From a virus (taxonomy: Duplodnaviria; Heunggongvirae; Uroviricota; Caudoviricetes): a DNA stretch of 64,000 bases. The position numbers and the translations under genes were made by a program. The notes beneath the pieces were generated by a model. That model was not told where the DNA came from. It was given only the letters and a program-made list of their open reading frames with translations, and ran no database searches. This document shows, piece after piece, positions 51,301-60,054 of the stretch (positions are counted from its first letter, which is position 1; the number at the start of each line of letters is the position of its first letter). Location of the stretch: the IMG/VR virus record IMGVR_UViG_3300042879_003909, positions 15,772 to 79,771 of that record. One strand, written 5' to 3'.

Positions 51301-53116
51301 AGCAATATCTAACGAAGAACAGGCGTTCCAAAATGCTTTAAACGAAAATAGAAGAAAAGAAACAGATGTTTTATCACAAGGGCTTGGTAAACTATCTGGA
51401 GAAATATCTAGTTTTCCAGAAAAATTAAAAAAGGCTTTATCCGATGCCGCGCAAGAAGCTAGAGATGAAGAGGCTAAAATAGCTGAGTCTAGAATTAGTG
51501 CAGAAGAAACGGCAAAAAAAGCAGCAGCGGAAGCACAGAAAAAATCTGAGAAGGAAGCCAGAGACCGAGAAAAAGCTATAGATAGAAGATATGAAGAACT
51601 GGGTGTGCAACTTGGTGCTTTAGCCGAAGCTCTTCGGGCCAAGGCTCTTGAGGAAAAAACAAAACAAGAATCTCAGCCCCCTAAGACAGAAGCTCCTAAA
51701 GTAGGGTCTATGTTTGGCGATACTAAGGCTCAAATGCAAAAAAGATGGGAGGAAAAAGAAGCTCAAAAAGCGACTGGAATTGTAGAGCAAAAACCTCAGC
51801 CAGCTTCTACTGGGTCTGTATTTAGTGCCCAAGATGCAAACCAAAAATATTGGGAAGACAGAAGAAAAGCAAAAGAAGCTCAGGGTAAATCTATGGGTGG
51901 TATAGTTTATCGCGCCTCTGGCGGACCAGCATTTAAGCCTAAAGGCACTGATACAGTCCCAGCAATGTTAACGCCCGGCGAATTTGTTATGCAAAAATCT
52001 GCTGTAGATAAATATGGTATTGGTGTAATGAACGCTATAAATAATAGTGCTACTTATGCTAGTAAAGGAGCTTTTATCAAATATTTAGCTAAAGGCGGCA
52101 AAATAGAGCCGGATTTGGTTCCGAGCGATGAGGTTGATGGATCTATTGCTTTTGCTAAGGCCGGAATAAATATGTCGGGCGAAAATATTCAGCGTCACAT
52201 GAATACTTTAACTGGGCAAAAATCTGATGCAGCTAGAGACGCTTATCAAAAACTTGTTGAAAAGAATCTTGAACAATCTAGAGCCGCAAGAGCAGAGTCT
52301 ATGGCTAGACTTTCGCCCGCTGTAGCACCCGAATTAACAAATTTTAGTCCTTTGCCGAGCGATAATCCAGAACAAATGACAAATCTATTTGATACATCCG
52401 CTATCCAAGCCCCAAGTGCATCTAAGTTAATAGCAGAATCAATCGAGCAACCGGTTAGCACTAAAGGCTATAGCAAATTTAGAGATCCAGAGTATCAAAA
52501 GGGGCAAAGAGCTAAATATGTCAAGCAGCGACAGGAGCGAGAGGCTAGATCTAGAAAAATTCGTTCCGGAGAAATAGACCCGCGAGCAGAACGCAATGCA
52601 GCTATTCAGGAAAAACTAAAAACAAGACAAGGAAATATAGCTACAGCTAGATATCAAAGACAACAAAGATCATTACCGTCTTATGAAAGAGATGCCGACT
52701 GGCAAAATAAACGAATTAATCCGACACAATCGCAAGGAGCTATGCAAGGAGCTATGCAAGGAGCGGGCATGGCCCAAAATCCTATGATGGCACAGCAAGC
52801 CATGATGCAGCCCGGTCAGCCGATGATGAATCCTATGATGGCACAGCAGGCTATGGCTCAGGGGGGTGGCGGAATGGGCGCTCAAGGATTTAATATGGAG
52901 CCATTAATGCAGCTAAAACAAACATTTGATACTCTTACCGGTGTATTAAATAATATGCAGATGACGCATCAGGTTAATGTAGACGGAGCCCTAAATATAA
53001 ATGGTGTTAACGCTCCTCAAGTTGCGGAAGCCATTAAAACTTATTTAGGAGAGTTTATCATTTCTGAAGTTAAGAAGATAATTGATGGTCAAGGAAAACA
53101 ATTTAAGCAAGGATAA
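45302..53116 (+). CDS. Tail tape measure protein, 2604 aa, with inserted domains
   Basis: TP901-type N-terminal region (AIEFERQFVNLSQVTG..L.DISQEI..LSTGLGVS), long A/K/E/Q helical stretches, three DTxPAMxTPGEFV repeats. Confidence 0.9.
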   Translation: MANFVLTAQIALQAPRNVNQVVSQIRRQLQGISVNIKVNANTQALNNTNAQLATTTKSARAAEKSISDLGRSLGLAARRFGAIAIATGTFLSLSRAIKSSLGDAIEFERQFVNLSQVTGKSVKDLRDISQEITRLSTGLGVSSDQLLRTSVILAQAGLEARKTKAALEVLAKTELASSFDNIENTTEGAIAILSQFRKEAAAAGGDVAYLERALGAINDVSKRFAVESADLVAVIRRSGGAFEAAGGSLNELLALFTSVRATTRESAETIATGLRTIFTRIQRVDTIRQLQELGIALQDAEGKFVGPFEAIKRISEGLSGLDPRDFRFAAIVEELGGFRQIGKVIPLIKQFAVAQDALNVAQGASGSLAKDAEIAQQSLANQISKVKQEFQALIRDFVDSSGFQSVARGALKFASALIRIADALEPILPLIASLAALQIGKGLIPALGALTGVTRRNQGGKIHAFASGGFVPGVGNRDTVPAMMTPGEFVIRKSSVKKIGAENLQKLNKGGAVDELSPIRPSLTKRYDSGDLNRYKNPTYDTYSKPKISRQRLDLDYNNSRAEAQKIFDKAVAKKNKYKDPQKGLAEANKYIKSQTGELSQNLGAELDQPTNRSLNKIAGALAEKRVSELYNNKLVRIADRDGADFYDKNMDEYIEVKNKIATTTNDELTAKALLAHGTSQNYKNKKSENVKSLTIKLLTTNIKDIPKKNIGGMIQKFAAGGIVDVIKGNQPVGILTTDDNSTAPYSIRPDYSQSFKQQLAVAEPSIIKQGQELPYIDVNQFGLNQSAESGIGKKLRQNLISNAANAVNVTAGQMSDVFKGLGIGVNAKNLVPESEAKKAITGSVVGTMFESLVRGVSNASGSDLKDSGYFDFVGPISDQATQLFEKSGQINASQYKDAKAGAIKAQNIASKVINQAAEEYGMQGVIKSTVGTARSMEDIVSKLPAGLRADFANPAKGVTASKLKPYYKAKNVDELVRLLRDKGLDIETKPRKDGGTDIFAKNISGMATGGAASDTQPAMLTPGEFVVNKKKAQEIGYSTLHKMNKTGKIPGYAKGGVVGYANGGPVNPNLQPPKRPPGGVPSIPLDEFAAMFNEIIKAGGGVVTSAEAVRKTYLQMLSNNTNFTKAEKQKINNLYAIAKKREAAEQKLIDDYKKQQAAIQDSTDAQNKLKDRFSKIASSAQQFIFLGSAVASVAAQFSSLDRATADALTETLTFGSTILGIGGTIADLILSTGAADIALKYFTTSVTAAANAASGQAATAASGGGLMAGLMKFAMNPLTLAIAAAAAAILGTIYFFEAKARKTAEQLNKAADEILQSAEQGKGGSLESFVGTRVQATMAAQKAPSYAFTGEAEKQKEIDATRQAAASLYNMTVASRLLEEKLLSIEKNVGFTSLEQASLSINEIAKASSQASKEFAKSSQGLIGVSGGKRIEDLSGIAKTSAEDFDKAMKIAQEQMSSTLGKGNQELQKAIEASIQNYDFSTGQNPVKDILSGSLGNNLETLNKIIAEQAQVQAQEVAERAKATKNFSQAEAEIEQIRKNAARSQADNVIAAESQIEAARKQRESSALITKALTEQKNEIMQANSAIKFFSATLENISQYNKSLESNMSRLNTGITTTSVSNVQGIGNLNEIIDPKVFNDQLSKAVKPFGAFGDEVNKNLTSTAELLDKARKKLLNVSFGEADIQAAINDLFQGVNISPALKSAISGLIQDATKASSEGLSTITATEFENIFSPLIAQSEPFRKAVEGLINTQNELINANIAYLNEINKARQEEIDGKRKLVDIETRLQERLATVSQKSLSSQQKEAARNARRGFGAENRAGLLANFKQVSDDMRTAGENIKNSTDKGVVETTKLQNAQAKLSVEFNNLKGIVEELADQSERAADVMSEIDKERAKRDTLTKIVEDFVVGGNQERTSIAQSFQGVQFAAATGSLQGLDEEQRKTTFGLLSQLADVDDRFKALKQNLIFSDAVRMGLDPKVAKALATQTPKEEQLINELRAISNEEQAFQNALNENRRKETDVLSQGLGKLSGEISSFPEKLKKALSDAAQEARDEEAKIAESRISAEETAKKAAAEAQKKSEKEARDREKAIDRRYEELGVQLGALAEALRAKALEEKTKQESQPPKTEAPKVGSMFGDTKAQMQKRWEEKEAQKATGIVEQKPQPASTGSVFSAQDANQKYWEDRRKAKEAQGKSMGGIVYRASGGPAFKPKGTDTVPAMLTPGEFVMQKSAVDKYGIGVMNAINNSATYASKGAFIKYLAKGGKIEPDLVPSDEVDGSIAFAKAGINMSGENIQRHMNTLTGQKSDAARDAYQKLVEKNLEQSRAARAESMARLSPAVAPELTNFSPLPSDNPEQMTNLFDTSAIQAPSASKLIAESIEQPVSTKGYSKFRDPEYQKGQRAKYVKQRQEREARSRKIRSGEIDPRAERNAAIQEKLKTRQGNIATARYQRQQRSLPSYERDADWQNKRINPTQSQGAMQGAMQGAGMAQNPMMAQQAMMQPGQPMMNPMMAQQAMAQGGGGMGAQGFNMEPLMQLKQTFDTLTGVLNNMQMTHQVNVDGALNINGVNAPQVAEAIKTYLGEFIISEVKKIIDGQGKQFKQG
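52732..52848 (+). repeat. In-frame tandem repeats (MQGA; NPMMAQQAM)
   Basis: gcaaggagctat x2.75 at 52732-52764; aatcctatgatggcacagca at 52778 and 52829. Confidence 0.85.
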
Positions 53117-53119
53117 TAG

Positions 53120-56100
53120 ATGACTAATACAAAAGAATCATTAGGACTGCACACGATATCAGACGGGCCCGTTGGAGGAATATATTCTAGGACGGGCCAA
53201 TCAAACCTCGTTCTTCAGGCTTCTTCGGTTGGAACGCCTCATTTTACCAACTGGGATGCTGGGCTAACCTCGTTAGAAAATACCACTAAAGAACGATTTG
53301 AAGCTAGAACAGCCACTCGGTTTTTGGACGATTATTTGTCCGAAAAAGGCAATTATAAAATAAGATTTGGGGCAAAAGATATTAAGATTGCAGACAATCT
53401 GGCGGCTGTATCTTATCCAGAGTACACCGATATTAACAAGTCGATTGTCAAAATATTTGATACTAATCTTTTAACATATCACACTGGAATTAAAGTAAAC
53501 TCATACGATTACACATGTATTGATTGGTCTTTAGTTTATAATGATAGCGTATTAATGCCCCAAATTAATTTGGATACTTTGCTTAATCCATATGCCGGGT
53601 TTCCTAGTAGCACAAATAATCGCTTTGATGCCGACCTAGATGGCCTATATATTATTATAGAATATACTGGCTATTATACCCTAGCAGACGCCGACCCATG
53701 TGTTTTAGCGGCCCCTTATTATAATTCTGTTTTAGATGGCAAAAGACAAATACTAAAATATAATTCGAATGAAAACTCTTTGCTCGCTGGGGAATATACT
53801 ATTGTAGACTTTAGTGCAGGTAGCCCAACTTCTAAAAAGATGGTATTGGCTAGGATTGGTCACACATTAGATATTGGCCCAACAGAATTCTTTTCTGCAA
53901 ATCTAGCAACTTTGGATGTCGGCGGATTTGGATTTATTGGATGTAATATTTATTTACTTCGTTATAAACCCGTTATAGAATGTGGAAAAGTAGATCTTTA
54001 TACTAAAAAAAGAGGACAGATCACTTCTTATGATTCTAATGGGAAGTTGGTTTGTCTAAAGCACAATTTACAAAATGGCGATATCATAAAAATATCTGGG
54101 GCAAAAAATTCTAAAATTAATGGAATAAGATATGTTCAGGTTGTTAATGATTCGACATTTATTATTTATTCTACTGCGGACCTAACTGTAAGAGTTGATT
54201 CTTATTACGAAGGACTACCGGAATGGACTGCGTGTGGCAATATTTATGATTCAGAATCTCAGGCTTGGGACTATTTAGGCACATTAACATCCCCAGATGG
54301 TAGGAATGGATATTGTTTTGAGCATCAAGAATCAATATCAAATGTTGGTTTTCATAGTTTTTATAAAACAAATACGCTGGGCGATAATTTTAATAATGTT
54401 TCTACTTTGGACCAATTACTAGAATTAGATTTTAGTATGACTAGCGGCATACTTACTAACTTTTACAATTTTCCTATTTTTTCATATGGTTCGCCAACAC
54501 GGGCACCGTCTGTAGACGCTTTCTTAAATTCTATAAATTTTGATCAGGGATTATTAAAAAGTACGAATGTAGCTAATGAATATGCTCCATCTCCGCTAGA
54601 TAGCGTTTGGGCCGGGCCATATAATTACCTTAATTCTTTTAAATTTGGTCACTCTATAGACTTAGTTAAATATCAAAATAAATATGTATTAGCCGTAGGA
54701 GAAAGGGGCTTATCTTCTATACCAAATCTAAACTTTTCTTTTCAGCTTCCGGTAAGCCCTATATATGGTAAAGTATTTTTATTTAATATTTATATGGATT
54801 CTAATGGACAGATAGAAAATTTGTCTTATCCAGATAGACCTGTAGAATTTGACTCTAAGTATTATGCTTATACTAATGATTCTAGTATTGCCAAGCCGCC
54901 ATATTTAACGCCCGGTAATAATGTTTCTGGATTCTATAGGTCTCTTTCTCACTTTACACCAATAGATTTTGCCGATAAACAATATAATTATTACTACGGA
55001 ACACTGACGCACACAAATGGCTCTGTTACAGGGGCCACTGACTCAGAATACTTCTTTGATTATTGTAATGATGAAATGCTTGGGGATTCTAATCTTTATA
55101 GAAGAATAGAATATCTGAATGGTATGGACTACTGGTATGGCTCTATGGTTTATTCTTTATTAGATTTAGATAAAAATGGAGCACTGCCAGAAGACCCAGT
55201 TGGGCTAGACTATAATGCTGGCGGCTGTAGGGATGCATATTTTACCAATATTAGCATACCAAAATTTTTATCAAATACTAGTTTTGTTTACAGTAATCCC
55301 CCTATATATCACCGGGGAGGATTTAACGTTTATCCATACGTAGATAACTTTGGCAAGGCGGTTGCATTAGATGTATCAGGCAATGATATTTATCTTTTAT
55401 CTTCTTCTAAAACTAAACCAATTGTAGAAAGACCAAATTATAGCGATGGTCTACCATCAGAAATAGAAATAGGCGATGGCCCCGGCTCTTGCTCTAATGA
55501 TAATTTAAATAAAACTCATTGTGGATATATTCACGTTTTTAAGAACGGAATAAAGATTCAAAAAATATATGAAACAGAAGCCTATACTTTACCTAGCGGC
55601 AGACACTATGGATTCTATTACAAGGCTGATAAATTTGCTTCATCTATGTATGCTAAAGGCGGCGAGCTTGTTTTTGGCCAAACAAAACCTATTGATTATC
55701 ATGATTCCGCATCTAATCAGCTAGAAACATCTAAAATTTTTATATACAAAAGAAGTGGCGATCTTTATTATAAAATAAATACTATACAAAACTCTAAAAA
55801 TAATAACTTTTCTTTTATTAATGATTTTTCTTTTCCGGATCAGAAAGAATTCTTTTTAAGAGACGGAAACGAGTTTATGGTATTTAGCGGTGGCATATTA
55901 TCAGGCACAGATATTAGCGGCTTATATTATTATCCGCCGGATAGATTTGGTAATTATTTTAAATACAACGGAAACATTTTAGTTGCTAACGCTTTCGATA
56001 TTTATAATGAGGACGGGGAGTATCATGCTTCTAATAATGACATTTTCACCGGAAGATCTAATGAGTTTAATCGACCAATAGATTATTTACATGTATACGA

Positions 56101-58522
56101 AAAAAATAGTAACGGATGGGATTTTGTAACCAAGATAGCCCCGGCTTTTGACGAATTTGATGCATCTTATTCTTATGCAGACATACTTGGTCCAAATATT
56201 TATCATTCTATTAGAACATTGGGTAATAGAAATTATTCTAATAGCTCGTTTAATTCTAGAACTTGGGATATTGATTTAACTGGATGCTATGATTTAATTA
56301 ATGATAGAATCTTGTTAAAAGATCCATTAAGCTATTCTGTTTTTCAAAAAGAACCAGATTATATTAATTCTTCCAGAATAGAAACAAGATTAACTCTGGA
56401 TAAATATTTTACTTATGATGAAAAATATCAAGCCGAATCAAGCCAGCTTTCAACCTGTCAGCTTAAATTTGATAGAGTTAGTGCTATACATAAATACGAT
56501 AATTATTTAGATGATTATAAAAATCTGTACTGTGAAAATAATAAGAGCATAAGTGTTCCATCCATTAATTACCGGGCGCCAATTTATTTTATTAATATAC
56601 CTATAAATAGCGAAGGTATAACTCAATTTAATTCTATCACGCTTAAATTAGAGGAAGTGCGATCCGTTAGTGCTGGTGTGAATTTAAAGCTTGTATTATT
56701 TAAAAAAGATCCAAGGACAACAGTGTATCCATTTTATAACAACCTATGTTCTCCTAATGCGAGCGATGACGCACAAAAGAAGTGGAGAAGTAGTGTCGGA
56801 TATAATCAGCAGACGTTTTTAAAAGGTGGAGTATTTGATTCTTCCTTGTATTCTAGCTCTAGCGGTGGAGATACATGGACTGAGTGCCAAGGTACATCAT
56901 GTTTGGCTAAACTAATTAATGCCAGCAGTATTTTGATTTCTGGTGCTAGAAGAGATTATACTTTTGTTATAGATAACACTCAGGTAGACATAAACGATTT
57001 TATCATACAAGACGATCTGATACTTGATTCTAGTGATAATAGAACAATTACAAGAAGTGGCGTACCAACAGAGACTATAGAGTTTGATGATTTAAGCAAT
57101 ATTGGCTACGACGTATCCGTAAACGTGGAAGCCAGTATTATCGTTGGTTTTATTTATCAGCCGATGGATTATAAAATAAATACAGACTTTAGCGCCCGAG
57201 CCGATGTGAGAATTATCGATATTACTTTTGATGGTTATTCATCTTCTCCTCCATCTCCGATATCTCAAGTAGACTATACATATAAATGTAAATTTAATAA
57301 GGTTGTTAGTTTTGATTATTTTAGAACTTACTATAACAATCCAGCCAATAAAATTATTGTTAGCAATTCTGCGGATACTTCTACCTATGTCTATGACGGT
57401 AAGTTATCTTATACGAATCCTATCATGGGCATTGGTGTCGTGCCAACAGCTTCTTTTAACGATAGCACTAACGGAACTCAAGACGGCGTTTTTTCTAAGA
57501 GCTATGAAGTCTTATCAATAGATAATTTCGGCACTACCCCGGAAACATCTATTTTTACCAACACTAGAAGTCTAGATGTTCAATATCTTGAAACGCTGCC
57601 TCTATATATTAATTCCGTAGATTCTATTCCGTATATTAATTTATTTTTAAAAACCGCAGAACCGATAAGCTCTGATATTAATTTATTTTTGCAAAATCAA
57701 GGTAAAGATAATAACTTTAAACTATATATTGGCCCCTCGGCTCCAGCCTCCGGATCGCAAGATTTGAGAATTAATGGAGCATATTATGCTTCCGGAGATT
57801 TTTCCCAGCATATTGTTGGGGGACCTATTGGGGCTATGCCATTATTCTTCAAGGTTCCAGATTTAAGCGATGCAAGCCTTAGCTCTTATATAAAGGGGTA
57901 TGACACTGCTAGCGGATCGATACCCCTGTATATTGGCAACATTGTTCAATCAGTAGCGCCCCTGTATCTTAAATCAAGAGATGTAGTTGCCTCTACCGGT
58001 AATTTTAGTCAAATCATCTATGGCTCCACAGACGGATCATCTTTCTCTGCCAATAATGCAAATCTATTTATTGATGTATTTGATGATGCCCGGTCATCTG
58101 TAGAAAATAATATTCCACTAAAAATTACTGGCCCGGATTCGTATTCTGCAAGTGGCATAAACACGATGCCTTTGTATATTGGCCAAATAGTTAGAAATGC
58201 CTCGGGTGATTTTTCTTTATATAACTTTGGTGGATTTGGAGGCATTCCGTCTACTGGTTCGCTTAATTTTGTTATAAACAATACTGGAATTAATGATTCA
58301 GGCTCTATGCCATTATCAATACCAAACAGAGGGTTTAATGATTCTTTAGTATTATCAGAAAATACATCTCTATTTATAAAGCAGGCTTCAAGCTCTGGTA
58401 ATCTGGACCTATATTTAAATGCTACCCAGCCCACAGCTACCGGTTTTAATATGTCATTAAAAACTGGCTTTGGTGTATTATCTAGTGGGACTACTACTTT
58501 TATCAGAGGATATAGAAGTTAA
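53120..58522 (+). CDS. Large minor tail protein (FG-GAP/propeller-like segments, C-terminal xPLYI repeats)
   Basis: 1800 aa after tape measure; FGHSIDL, DNFGKAVAL, DRFG motifs. Confidence 0.55.
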   Translation: MTNTKESLGLHTISDGPVGGIYSRTGQSNLVLQASSVGTPHFTNWDAGLTSLENTTKERFEARTATRFLDDYLSEKGNYKIRFGAKDIKIADNLAAVSYPEYTDINKSIVKIFDTNLLTYHTGIKVNSYDYTCIDWSLVYNDSVLMPQINLDTLLNPYAGFPSSTNNRFDADLDGLYIIIEYTGYYTLADADPCVLAAPYYNSVLDGKRQILKYNSNENSLLAGEYTIVDFSAGSPTSKKMVLARIGHTLDIGPTEFFSANLATLDVGGFGFIGCNIYLLRYKPVIECGKVDLYTKKRGQITSYDSNGKLVCLKHNLQNGDIIKISGAKNSKINGIRYVQVVNDSTFIIYSTADLTVRVDSYYEGLPEWTACGNIYDSESQAWDYLGTLTSPDGRNGYCFEHQESISNVGFHSFYKTNTLGDNFNNVSTLDQLLELDFSMTSGILTNFYNFPIFSYGSPTRAPSVDAFLNSINFDQGLLKSTNVANEYAPSPLDSVWAGPYNYLNSFKFGHSIDLVKYQNKYVLAVGERGLSSIPNLNFSFQLPVSPIYGKVFLFNIYMDSNGQIENLSYPDRPVEFDSKYYAYTNDSSIAKPPYLTPGNNVSGFYRSLSHFTPIDFADKQYNYYYGTLTHTNGSVTGATDSEYFFDYCNDEMLGDSNLYRRIEYLNGMDYWYGSMVYSLLDLDKNGALPEDPVGLDYNAGGCRDAYFTNISIPKFLSNTSFVYSNPPIYHRGGFNVYPYVDNFGKAVALDVSGNDIYLLSSSKTKPIVERPNYSDGLPSEIEIGDGPGSCSNDNLNKTHCGYIHVFKNGIKIQKIYETEAYTLPSGRHYGFYYKADKFASSMYAKGGELVFGQTKPIDYHDSASNQLETSKIFIYKRSGDLYYKINTIQNSKNNNFSFINDFSFPDQKEFFLRDGNEFMVFSGGILSGTDISGLYYYPPDRFGNYFKYNGNILVANAFDIYNEDGEYHASNNDIFTGRSNEFNRPIDYLHVYEKNSNGWDFVTKIAPAFDEFDASYSYADILGPNIYHSIRTLGNRNYSNSSFNSRTWDIDLTGCYDLINDRILLKDPLSYSVFQKEPDYINSSRIETRLTLDKYFTYDEKYQAESSQLSTCQLKFDRVSAIHKYDNYLDDYKNLYCENNKSISVPSINYRAPIYFINIPINSEGITQFNSITLKLEEVRSVSAGVNLKLVLFKKDPRTTVYPFYNNLCSPNASDDAQKKWRSSVGYNQQTFLKGGVFDSSLYSSSSGGDTWTECQGTSCLAKLINASSILISGARRDYTFVIDNTQVDINDFIIQDDLILDSSDNRTITRSGVPTETIEFDDLSNIGYDVSVNVEASIIVGFIYQPMDYKINTDFSARADVRIIDITFDGYSSSPPSPISQVDYTYKCKFNKVVSFDYFRTYYNNPANKIIVSNSADTSTYVYDGKLSYTNPIMGIGVVPTASFNDSTNGTQDGVFSKSYEVLSIDNFGTTPETSIFTNTRSLDVQYLETLPLYINSVDSIPYINLFLKTAEPISSDINLFLQNQGKDNNFKLYIGPSAPASGSQDLRINGAYYASGDFSQHIVGGPIGAMPLFFKVPDLSDASLSSYIKGYDTASGSIPLYIGNIVQSVAPLYLKSRDVVASTGNFSQIIYGSTDGSSFSANNANLFIDVFDDARSSVENNIPLKITGPDSYSASGINTMPLYIGQIVRNASGDFSLYNFGGFGGIPSTGSLNFVINNTGINDSGSMPLSIPNRGFNDSLVLSENTSLFIKQASSSGNLDLYLNATQPTATGFNMSLKTGFGVLSSGTTTFIRGYRS

Positions 58523-60054
58523 TGGCTATTATTTATACTATTAGTGGACAAGAGTTTGAAATAGGATCAGGATTTTCTTACCAAGGGGTCGCTGAGAGTC
58601 CGTCTATTGTAAACCCCTTTCCAAAATATTCTATCTCTAGAGAATATATTAGTGCTGGCGATGATACACATCTTGGAAATCGCTATAATATTACCGTTAG
58701 CGGCAGACTCATTGTTCCCTCTTCTGCTGATGCTACCGTAGACGGAGAGAAGCAGAACGCTCTACATAAACAAATGATATGGCATCTACAGACGCTATCT
58801 AGCAAATCTCATAATTTAGGCAAGCTAGAAATAGTTCCTCATGGGGGTCTGGATAAGCCCTTTATATTTGTTGATGCAAGACTTAGAAACATTGAATTTC
58901 CAGAACAAGATGACCAGAGTTTAGGTGTTTTGTTTTCGGACTATACGTTTCAGTTTGAGGCTTATTTAGAAGCCAGCAATAATAACGAGAGCTTTTGTTT
59001 AAAAATAAATTCGGCAGAAGAGTCTTGGGAGCTATCTTTAAACGAAGACGAAGTATCATTTTATACAGCGACAGACGGGACTCCATACAAGACCTATACG
59101 TTAACTCACACAATATCTGCTAATGGTATTAAAAGTATTAATTCTGCGGCGACCGAGATTACTCCCGCTTGGAAAAATGCCGCAGAGTGGGTAAAAACTA
59201 GAGTTGTTAATAATTTATCTTTACCTGTTACATCCGATGTAGCAAATAATTCAGATAGAATTGTAGCTTCTTCTTATTTTTATCCCACAAAATTTGATAG
59301 TGTTGTTTCAACTTTGTGCCCAGATTTATCTGGGACTGGTTATTCTCACTATAATCATATTAGGACTCCGACATGCAATATGTCTGAAGGTTCTTACTCT
59401 GTTACAGAGACTTGGTTTATATCTAATATGCCAGCAACTTTAGATATGGAAATAGAGACATCTGTTGAAGAGTCCGGCATTATTACTATGACTTTGAGCG
59501 GCACGATAAAGGGCCTAGATGGATCTTCTGTAAATAGTAATGCTGTTGCTAAGATTGCTAATGCCGAAATAGTTTTAAGTAATTTAGAAACTAAATCATA
59601 TAATATTTTAGTACCATATTATCCAGTTGATGGTAGCGGTTTTACTTTACAAAATGTAGTAAGACAAAAAACAATAGGAAGAAATAAAGGCACTGGGATT
59701 ATAACTTTTAGTTATACCTATAACGATCAAGAAGTATTTGTGCCCGGCGCTATATCTTCTTCCTTAAAAATAAATGATAATAATTTAAATAAAGATGTTC
59801 AAACAATCGCAATAATACCTATTATTGGAAAAGTTGATGGGCCAATTATACAGGATATGAATACTACGCCAGAATCTAGCAGATCATTAGAAATTAATGT
59901 TGTTATGAATAGATCCAACCGAGTTAATAAGCCTAATTTATCCTCAGTTTATAATTCTTATAAGTTAACTGATTCTTATACTAGAAACTTTGATGAAAAC
60001 TGGGAGCCATATACTGGGTCTTATACTTTGAGCATAGAATGGGTTAAAGAATGA
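58522..60054 (+). CDS. Minor tail/distal tail protein (inferred)
   Basis: Synteny; beta-rich. Confidence 0.5.
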   Translation: MAIIYTISGQEFEIGSGFSYQGVAESPSIVNPFPKYSISREYISAGDDTHLGNRYNITVSGRLIVPSSADATVDGEKQNALHKQMIWHLQTLSSKSHNLGKLEIVPHGGLDKPFIFVDARLRNIEFPEQDDQSLGVLFSDYTFQFEAYLEASNNNESFCLKINSAEESWELSLNEDEVSFYTATDGTPYKTYTLTHTISANGIKSINSAATEITPAWKNAAEWVKTRVVNNLSLPVTSDVANNSDRIVASSYFYPTKFDSVVSTLCPDLSGTGYSHYNHIRTPTCNMSEGSYSVTETWFISNMPATLDMEIETSVEESGIITMTLSGTIKGLDGSSVNSNAVAKIANAEIVLSNLETKSYNILVPYYPVDGSGFTLQNVVRQKTIGRNKGTGIITFSYTYNDQEVFVPGAISSSLKINDNNLNKDVQTIAIIPIIGKVDGPIIQDMNTTPESSRSLEINVVMNRSNRVNKPNLSSVYNSYKLTDSYTRNFDENWEPYTGSYTLSIEWVKE

